64,000 nt of DNA, from contig JBAXBJ010000013.1 of NCBI GenBank assembly GCA_037142075.1, forward strand, positions 6,228 through 70,227, in the 5' to 3' direction. This document shows, piece after piece, positions 58,112 to 64,000 of the stretch (positions within the stretch are counted from its first letter, which is position 1; each line of letters starts with the position of its first letter). The translations under genes were made by a program, and so were the position numbers. Below the pieces are notes generated by a model. It saw only the letters and a program-made list of their open reading frames with translations. It was not told the origin of the DNA and did no database searches. The DNA comes from Bacteroidota bacterium. GTDB lineage: Bacteria; Bacteroidota; Bacteroidia; Bacteroidales; UBA4417.

Positions 58112-58816
58112 TCAGAGATTGGAGATGATAATATTTCTTACTTTGTCGGAGAGTTCATTCGAGTCCATTTTTTTAAATTCTTCCGGCATCAGCGGTGGAG
58201 AGATAATAACATTCACCCTGGCCGATTTGATCATCGAACTGCCTTTAGGCATAATATCCTTTGATCCGTTAAAGGTTACCGGCACAATGGGCACATTTGC
58301 CTTTAATGCTAACTTGAGGCCTCCGGCCTTAAACGCACCAACATTTCCGTCAGCACTGCGGGTTCCCTCGGGAAATATTACCAGCGAATGTCCTTCCTTC
58401 AAACGTTCGGCAGCCTGGTTTATGGCTGTAAGTGCCTGGCGGGGATCGTTCCTGTCGATAAAAATGCAGCCGAGGTACTTCATCCAACGGCTGAAAGTGG
58501 GAACTTTTAACAACTCCAGTTTAGCAATAAAACCCTTATCACGCGGAACATGCCCGATCAGGATAGGAATATCGAAATTACTCTGGTGATTGGAAACAAA
58601 AAGCACTCCGCCGGATTTTGGCACATTTTCGGTTCCGATAACTTGTATCGAGGAGCCATTCATAGCAAGACCCGATTGTGCCCATTTCCGGGCAATTTCG
58701 TGCGCACAGGCATCTCTTTCGGCTATTTTTCCCTGCCTGTTCAGTTTCTTCAGTTTGAATCTTGGTATTAACATACTTAACCACAGGTATGTAAACCAAT
58801 TAATTGTTTTTAGCAC
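58112..58816 (-). CDS. plsC: 1-acyl-sn-glycerol-3-phosphate acyltransferase
   Basis: 234 aa. Acyltransferase HX4D motif VSNHQSNFDIP and the FPEGTRS motif. Confidence 0.85.
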   Translation of the reverse strand: MLKTINWFTYLWLSMLIPRFKLKKLNRQGKIAERDACAHEIARKWAQSGLAMNGSSIQVIGTENVPKSGGVLFVSNHQSNFDIPILIGHVPRDKGFIAKLELLKVPTFSRWMKYLGCIFIDRNDPRQALTAINQAAERLKEGHSLVIFPEGTRSADGNVGAFKAGGLKLALKANVPIVPVTFNGSKDIMPKGSSMIKSARVNVIISPPLMPEEFKKMDSNELSDKVRNIIISNL

Positions 58817-59176
58817 AAGTTTCGGCTTTTATTAAATGTATGTGATTGTTTCATTTGCTTAAGTTAGAATCCTTCTAACACAACCGTACAAAAATACGTT
58901 AATTCTATCAGTAATAGAAGATGTCTCTTTTCACCATGGCATGTCATTGAAGTGTTTTATTCATTTGTCTTTGCATCAAATAACTAACTTATCGTGATAT
59001 CCTATTACTCACTCCTCCTTGTTACCAAATTCGAAAATTCTCATTGATAAGCGAATCAACTAAAGAGAGTCTTTGTATTTTATATTTTCGTATTATATTG
59101 ACATTAAGTATTTTAAGCCAGTAAATACATTTTGAAATAAATTAAATAAATGTACTACACTTGAATATTATGTCAT

Positions 59177-59184
59177 TACCTTTG
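59177..59184 (+). promoter_or_regulatory. TAnnTTTG -7 element (TACCTTTG)
   Basis: Consensus match 21 nt upstream of the ATG at 59205. Confidence 0.5.
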
Positions 59185-59204
59185 ATTGATTTTATATATA
59201 TGTT

Positions 59205-60668
59205 ATGAAACGATTTTTAGTAAGCATTAATGCTATTTTTAGAGGATTTCTTTTCACAGGTGTATTAATTCTCTCCACAAGTATCAACAACAATGGATTT
59301 TGCCAGCCCACTTTCCAGCGACTTTATGGATCAATGGATAATGATGAAGGGTATTCAGTCACCCGATGCTCTTCGGGTGGGTATCTTGTAAGTGGTTCTA
59401 CCTCCAACTTTTATACCACTTATCCTGACTTATACCTTCTCCGTCTTACCGAAAACGGTGACACGATCTGGACACGGTCGTATCTTAGCCCGGAAATCTC
59501 CGATTGGGGCACCATTGGCATCGAAGCCTTAGATCATTCATTTGTTGTTGGATTTAATTGCTCATGCGACACTTCATACATTTCATTACATAAATATGAT
59601 GATAATGGTAAGAGGTTGTGGGCAAAGAACTATAATCTGAATATTGATCCTTATATACGATCTGTTATCAATACTCCGGATTCCGGAATTGTCTTTTGTG
59701 GTATTTCAGGCTGGCCCGTGGAAAATATCTTTATTATCAGAACTGATAAAACCGGCAATGAAATTTGGCGAAGGTCCTACGGCGGAAATTATTATTTTGA
59801 TGATTATCGTAGCCAAAAGATTATGAGAACATCAGACAATGGGTATATGGTTTGTGGAAACAATTATGTTGATGGCGGAATAGATTTTGTTCATGGTATT
59901 CTAATAAAAACTGATACTAGCGGAGTAGCAACCTGGATAAAAGAATACCCAAGTACTGATTATACCCGGAGACATTTCACTGATGTTTTGCAAAACCCCG
60001 ACAACAGCTACATTATTGCAGGCTATGATGCTTATTCCGACTTTATGAACCGTGATTTTTATCCATTCCTCATGAAAACTGATCAAAACGGGAATATTGC
60101 CTGGACTCAGTTCTATGATTTTGCTAAGGGTATATATTCGGTTTTCCGCACCAACTCAAACCAATACACTATTACCGGCGGTATTTACACCGACACGGCC
60201 GTCGTTGCAAAAACCGACCTCGACGGTAACCTGTTTTGGTCAGCATTTATTACTTCGAAGTATCAGAACTCGATTTTTAATGCATCAATACCGGCCTCCG
60301 ACAGTGGGTACATTTTCACCGGAAGTGCTGCATCAAATTACGGTTATGGCGGAAAGGATGTATTGGTACTTAAAGCTAACCAGGAGGGTATTATTACCTC
60401 GTTACAGGATGATAATTCTTCAGTTAATAACAACGAACTTACAGTGTGGCCAAACCCTTGCACCGAAAAGATTGAAGTAAAAAGCGAATGCACCATTAAT
60501 TTATTATCCATTTTCGACTCACAAGGAATCTGTTTATATAAAAGTAGCAGCGGGACCGACTTTAGGAACGGTCACATCATTCAAACAGGAACTTTCCCAA
60601 AAGGTTTGTTATTTATACAAAGTATTACAAATCAAGGTATTTATTCACAGAAGTTCATAAGGCTTTAA
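59205..60668 (+). CDS. T9SS-sorted secreted protein with beta-propeller-like repeats
   Basis: 487 aa with a signal peptide. Repeated G..I..T.D.GY...G / D..G...W motifs. C-terminal sorting signature LTVWPNPCTEKIEVK. Confidence 0.8.
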   Translation: MKRFLVSINAIFRGFLFTGVLILSTSINNNGFCQPTFQRLYGSMDNDEGYSVTRCSSGGYLVSGSTSNFYTTYPDLYLLRLTENGDTIWTRSYLSPEISDWGTIGIEALDHSFVVGFNCSCDTSYISLHKYDDNGKRLWAKNYNLNIDPYIRSVINTPDSGIVFCGISGWPVENIFIIRTDKTGNEIWRRSYGGNYYFDDYRSQKIMRTSDNGYMVCGNNYVDGGIDFVHGILIKTDTSGVATWIKEYPSTDYTRRHFTDVLQNPDNSYIIAGYDAYSDFMNRDFYPFLMKTDQNGNIAWTQFYDFAKGIYSVFRTNSNQYTITGGIYTDTAVVAKTDLDGNLFWSAFITSKYQNSIFNASIPASDSGYIFTGSAASNYGYGGKDVLVLKANQEGIITSLQDDNSSVNNNELTVWPNPCTEKIEVKSECTINLLSIFDSQGICLYKSSSGTDFRNGHIIQTGTFPKGLLFIQSITNQGIYSQKFIRL

Positions 60669-60679
60669 TCTATGATTGT

Positions 60680-62812
60680 ATGAAAAACGCAAAATTTATT
60701 ATCTTATTCATTGTCTTTACCAATGTGATTCTTTTATCAGCGAAAGCACTTGCGCAGGATTGGAAATGGGCATTTGGGGGTTCAGGCATCAATCAATCGA
60801 CCCGATTATTGGGCACAGATAAATTTGGAAATAACTATTTCGCAATTTTGTATAGCGATAGTCTTACTGTTGGCGGTCAATCCTATTATCATCAGCAATA
60901 TTATGCTCATAATAGTTTGGTGGTAAAACTGGGCAAGCAGGGTAAGTTGCTTAACCAGATAGATTTTTACTCGCCGATGTCTACCGGTAGTTCGATGTGG
61001 GGAATGAAACTGGTTACGGATTCAATCGGGAACATTTATATTGGTGGAGAGTTTTCCGTTCGTGTTTTTATCGGTGATACGGTTATCAATCATTTGCCTT
61101 TACCCTATTATGAAGGGCCTTCGACTTTCCTGGTTAAATTTGATTCCGGTTTAAAAATGAAATGGGCGAAAGTGATGGGTTGCGAGCATTATGTGACTTT
61201 CCAGAATATAATCATGCGCAACGGCCATATTTCATATACAGTCTACCCCCAATCATGGGCATCACCTAATCCAACCACACTGTATTGTTTTGGCCAGGAT
61301 ACATTGTATTTCCCTAAAGACCAGGAAAATTTTGTCTTCTTTAATATTGATCTCGATGGGAAAATACTATCGCACAATACTATTCATGCAAATCAAGCTT
61401 ATGTGGATGAGGAGATAATAGCAGAAAATAACCACAGGTATTTGACGGGAATCACTTATGATAGTTTATATGTCGATAATAAACCCGTTTATATCCCACA
61501 AACCTCGAATTACGATTATTATTTTCTGCATTACGATAGCAACGATTCTTTAGTTGATGCATCAACTGTAAATATAACCAATAATACGGCGGCCTTATTT
61601 ATTACCGGTGTCAATTCGGAGAATGAACTTTTCTTCCGGATTACAGCTTCTGACGGACTTACAATTGGCAATACGACAATCCCTGCTAAGTATTCCGGCA
61701 ACTGCATCATCGGCAAACTCGATGCACAACGAAATGTTGCATGGTACGAAAGCGTCGGCGGACTTAGTAATCTTTGGGATTTGAATATGAAACCCTTGCA
61801 TGATACTCTTTTTGCCGCCTTCGATTTTTCATACCAGTTGAAACTAAAAGATACCACTTTTACCAATTATACCGGAGTTTTTCAGAGTTATATTCTGAGT
61901 TTTGCTCCTGATGGAACCTTGCTGAACCAGTATCCGGCCATTGCTTCGGGCGATGTGCATTCAACCAACATCGACTTCGATAATTGCGATAACATTTTGC
62001 TTTCGGGTAATTACAGAGGAACAGCATATTTTGGTAACGATACCCTTGTTTCAAAAAGTGCACCGGCCTGGCAAGGCATTTTTATTGCATATCTGGCAAA
62101 TGCTAAACAAGAATTTGATCTTGGCAATGATACCACCGTATGCGGGCAGTTTGAAATCCTTGGTCCGACAGGCTTTGATCATTATTTGTGGAACGGGGGT
62201 GAAGGAAATCAAAAAAACCTGTTGGTTACTAAAACCGGGAAATACAAACTTACGGCTTGGACTGACGCATGTTGCTTTATGGAAGATTCGCTGAATGTAG
62301 TCATCCTTTCCTTCCCTTTCGTTGATTTGGGAAAGGATACAACCTTGAAACAAAGCCTTACACTGCAACTTTCGGTTGCGTCCGGATATGATAAATACAC
62401 ATGGTCGAACGGAGCCGAAACCAATTCTTTATTACTCGAAGGTTCTCTGCTCTCATTGGGTATGCATACCTTCTGGTGTGAAGTGATAAACAATAATTGT
62501 GTCAATACCGACACGCTTTTGGTAGAAGTAATTGATGATTACGGTATTACTGAACAACAGGGAATTGATATTCAGGTAAAGCCAAATCCTTTTTCTGACA
62601 AGTTTTCGGTTTCATGTGAAAAACCAATAAAAAATGTGCAGGTACTTGATTACTCAGGAAAGCTAATAGCCAGTTTTAATACAGCACAGTCATTTATGCA
62701 ACCCGTCCTGATAACACTCCCAACTATGGGAAATGGATTATTGATTCTGAAAATCAAAACCGAGAACGGAATTTATTATAGAAAAGTGCTACAATTAAAC
62801 AATCAACATTGA
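60680..62812 (+). CDS. T9SS-sorted secreted protein
   Basis: 710 aa with a signal peptide (ILLSAKALAQ). C-terminal sorting signature IQVKPNPFSDKFSVS ... GIYYRKV. Confidence 0.8.
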   Translation: MKNAKFIILFIVFTNVILLSAKALAQDWKWAFGGSGINQSTRLLGTDKFGNNYFAILYSDSLTVGGQSYYHQQYYAHNSLVVKLGKQGKLLNQIDFYSPMSTGSSMWGMKLVTDSIGNIYIGGEFSVRVFIGDTVINHLPLPYYEGPSTFLVKFDSGLKMKWAKVMGCEHYVTFQNIIMRNGHISYTVYPQSWASPNPTTLYCFGQDTLYFPKDQENFVFFNIDLDGKILSHNTIHANQAYVDEEIIAENNHRYLTGITYDSLYVDNKPVYIPQTSNYDYYFLHYDSNDSLVDASTVNITNNTAALFITGVNSENELFFRITASDGLTIGNTTIPAKYSGNCIIGKLDAQRNVAWYESVGGLSNLWDLNMKPLHDTLFAAFDFSYQLKLKDTTFTNYTGVFQSYILSFAPDGTLLNQYPAIASGDVHSTNIDFDNCDNILLSGNYRGTAYFGNDTLVSKSAPAWQGIFIAYLANAKQEFDLGNDTTVCGQFEILGPTGFDHYLWNGGEGNQKNLLVTKTGKYKLTAWTDACCFMEDSLNVVILSFPFVDLGKDTTLKQSLTLQLSVASGYDKYTWSNGAETNSLLLEGSLLSLGMHTFWCEVINNNCVNTDTLLVEVIDDYGITEQQGIDIQVKPNPFSDKFSVSCEKPIKNVQVLDYSGKLIASFNTAQSFMQPVLITLPTMGNGLLILKIKTENGIYYRKVLQLNNQH

Positions 62813-63097
62813 AGGTGCCTAAAAAAGCTATAATCTTATCTTAGGCAAATTTCTAATTGTTAGAGACTTGCATTGTGCATGACCGAAACAATACAAGGAT
62901 TATATTGATTATGATTCATTCATAAGGAAATGAAAATATTCCAGATTGATGTAAATTAATTTGCAATGAAAATTCTTTCGGATTTCAGGAAAAACAATCA
63001 GGAGATGCTTTGATGGTGTAAAATAGTTTTAAACAACTACCCCGGCAAATCTTTTTTTATCCTATTTTCGCACTATCAAAATCAGAAAAACAGAGAT

Positions 63098-63466
63098 ATG
63101 GAAATTATTGGAAAAATAGCCCAGTTGTTGCCACTGGTGACCGGGCAAGGCAAAAATGGCGAATGGCGTAAGCAGGAATTTATCATCGAAATTGCTGACG
63201 GACAGTTCCCTAAGAAAATTTGTTTCTCCCTTTGGGGTGACAAAATCGACCAGGCTGGATTAGCTGTGAATGAAACGGTGAAAGTATTTTTTGATATCGA
63301 AAGCAAGGAATACAATGCCCGCTGGTACACTGAAGCAAGGGCCTGGAAAGTCGAAAAACAAGGTTCGGTTGCACCTGCAACAACCTATACAACGTCGCCC
63401 CAGATACCTACAGAACCATCGTCCTCTTTCAACGCCAGTCCTGTTGAAGACGATTTGCCTTTCTAG
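63098..63466 (+). CDS. DUF3127 OB-fold protein with an SSB-like acidic C-terminal tip
   Basis: 122 aa. The segment GKNGEWRKQEFIIEIADGQFPKKICFSLWGDKIDQ...ESKEYNARWYTEARAWKVE matches the DUF3127 pattern. A low-complexity linker precedes the terminal EDDLPF. Confidence 0.8.
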   Translation: MEIIGKIAQLLPLVTGQGKNGEWRKQEFIIEIADGQFPKKICFSLWGDKIDQAGLAVNETVKVFFDIESKEYNARWYTEARAWKVEKQGSVAPATTYTTSPQIPTEPSSSFNASPVEDDLPF

Positions 63467-63478
63467 TCCTGGGATTTT

Positions 63479-63520
63479 AGAAGAGGCGACAGGGAGAAGG
63501 GTGACAAGGTGATGATGAAA
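63479..63520 (+). repeat. purine-rich heptad-phased element after the DUF3127 stop
   Basis: AGAAGAG GCGACAG GGAGAAG GGTGACA AGGTGAT GATGAAA. Same class as 14903-14951 and 24834-24903. Confidence 0.65.
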
Positions 63521-63660
63521 ACGCAGTTTTTTCAAAATCATGATTTTGTTTGATGGCTGTCTCCTTTAAATGGGTGATACCCGGAGGACAAAGAATACAA
63601 AAAAAGAGGTAAGAAGTTCACATGAATGAGTGAGCACTTTTTCTGCCACCTATTAACAAA

Positions 63661-64000
63661 TTATTTAGTGCTGATCCCTGATTCCAGAGTCAGGGATTTT
63701 GCTTTTCTGAATCCGCGTATTTTTATTGTTTCAGCTGATACCGTTACAATTGCATAGCTGCTGCCCCAGGGATATCTGCCTCTTACAAGACTGCGCAGGG
63801 TATAGTAGGGTATGCCGTTATTTTCCGAATAGTTGCCTTCGTGATAGTGTCCCTGGAAAACACATTTCACCTTTCCGCTGTTTTCGAGTACGGCACGCAC
63901 CTGCGCAGCGTTTTTTACCTGGTAAGATGCAGCCCCGTCGAGCAACTGGTGAATAAAAATAATAACAGACTCGTTCGATTCTTTCAAATCATCTTCCAGC
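63661..64000 (-). CDS. metallophosphoesterase, C-terminal part (gene continues past the right edge)
   Basis: VIIFIHQLLDG and CVFQGHYHEGNY are calcineurin-like phosphoesterase motifs (GH.H). The frame stays open up to position 64000. Confidence 0.7.
   Translation of the reverse strand, partial: LEDDLKESNESVIIFIHQLLDGAASYQVKNAAQVRAVLENSGKVKCVFQGHYHEGNYSENNGIPYYTLRSLVRGRYPWGSSYAIVTVSAETIKIRGFRKAKSLTLESGISTK

Noticed and set aside
1-64000. tRNA, rRNA or tmRNA genes in the larger intergenic gaps
   Set aside because: I scanned spacers longer than 100 nt by eye and found no T-arm (GGTTCGAATCC-like) or cloverleaf-compatible sequence. A tRNAscan/Infernal run would be needed to be certain.

Overview
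The window looks like a Bacteroidota chromosomal segment. Evidence: T9SS C-terminal sorting domains, gldH, sigma-54, and TAnnTTTG promoter motifs 15-70 nt upstream of many starts. I call about 48 protein genes. I found no rRNA, tRNA, CRISPR array, transposase or integrase by eye.

Most of the window is housekeeping: an ECF sigma/anti-sigma operon, lplA, leuS, recJ, purH, mreBCD, asnS-rpoN, PBP1A-gldH-PSP1-holB, a GH3 glucosidase, plsC and T9SS cargo proteins.

Five things stand out:
1. An AT-rich accessory island at about 48.1-55.8 kb. It carries a single-chain Type IIB-like R-M-S enzyme followed by a tightly coupled GHKL-ATPase / STAS-like (DUF4325) / PIN-nuclease operon. I do not recognise this trio as a named defence system; it reads like a partner-switching module wired to an RNase.
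2. leuS is about 340 aa longer than E. coli LeuRS. It contains an in-frame DUF559 (Vsr-like endonuclease) cassette bounded by GC hairpins, plus a second PD-(D/E)xK-like insertion near the KMSKS loop.
3. Nearly every low-complexity intergenic array in the window is phased at 7 nt. There are several sequence classes. Some form inverted pairs around AT-rich cores, some sit directly after stop codons, and some mark the island junctions.
4. A signal-peptide protein combines an internal PAAR-like domain, a FecR-like domain, a TM segment and a cytoplasmic zinc ribbon.
5. A DUF3127 OB-fold protein ends in an SSB-like DDLPF tail.

All functional calls come from motif recognition by eye. No database search was run.
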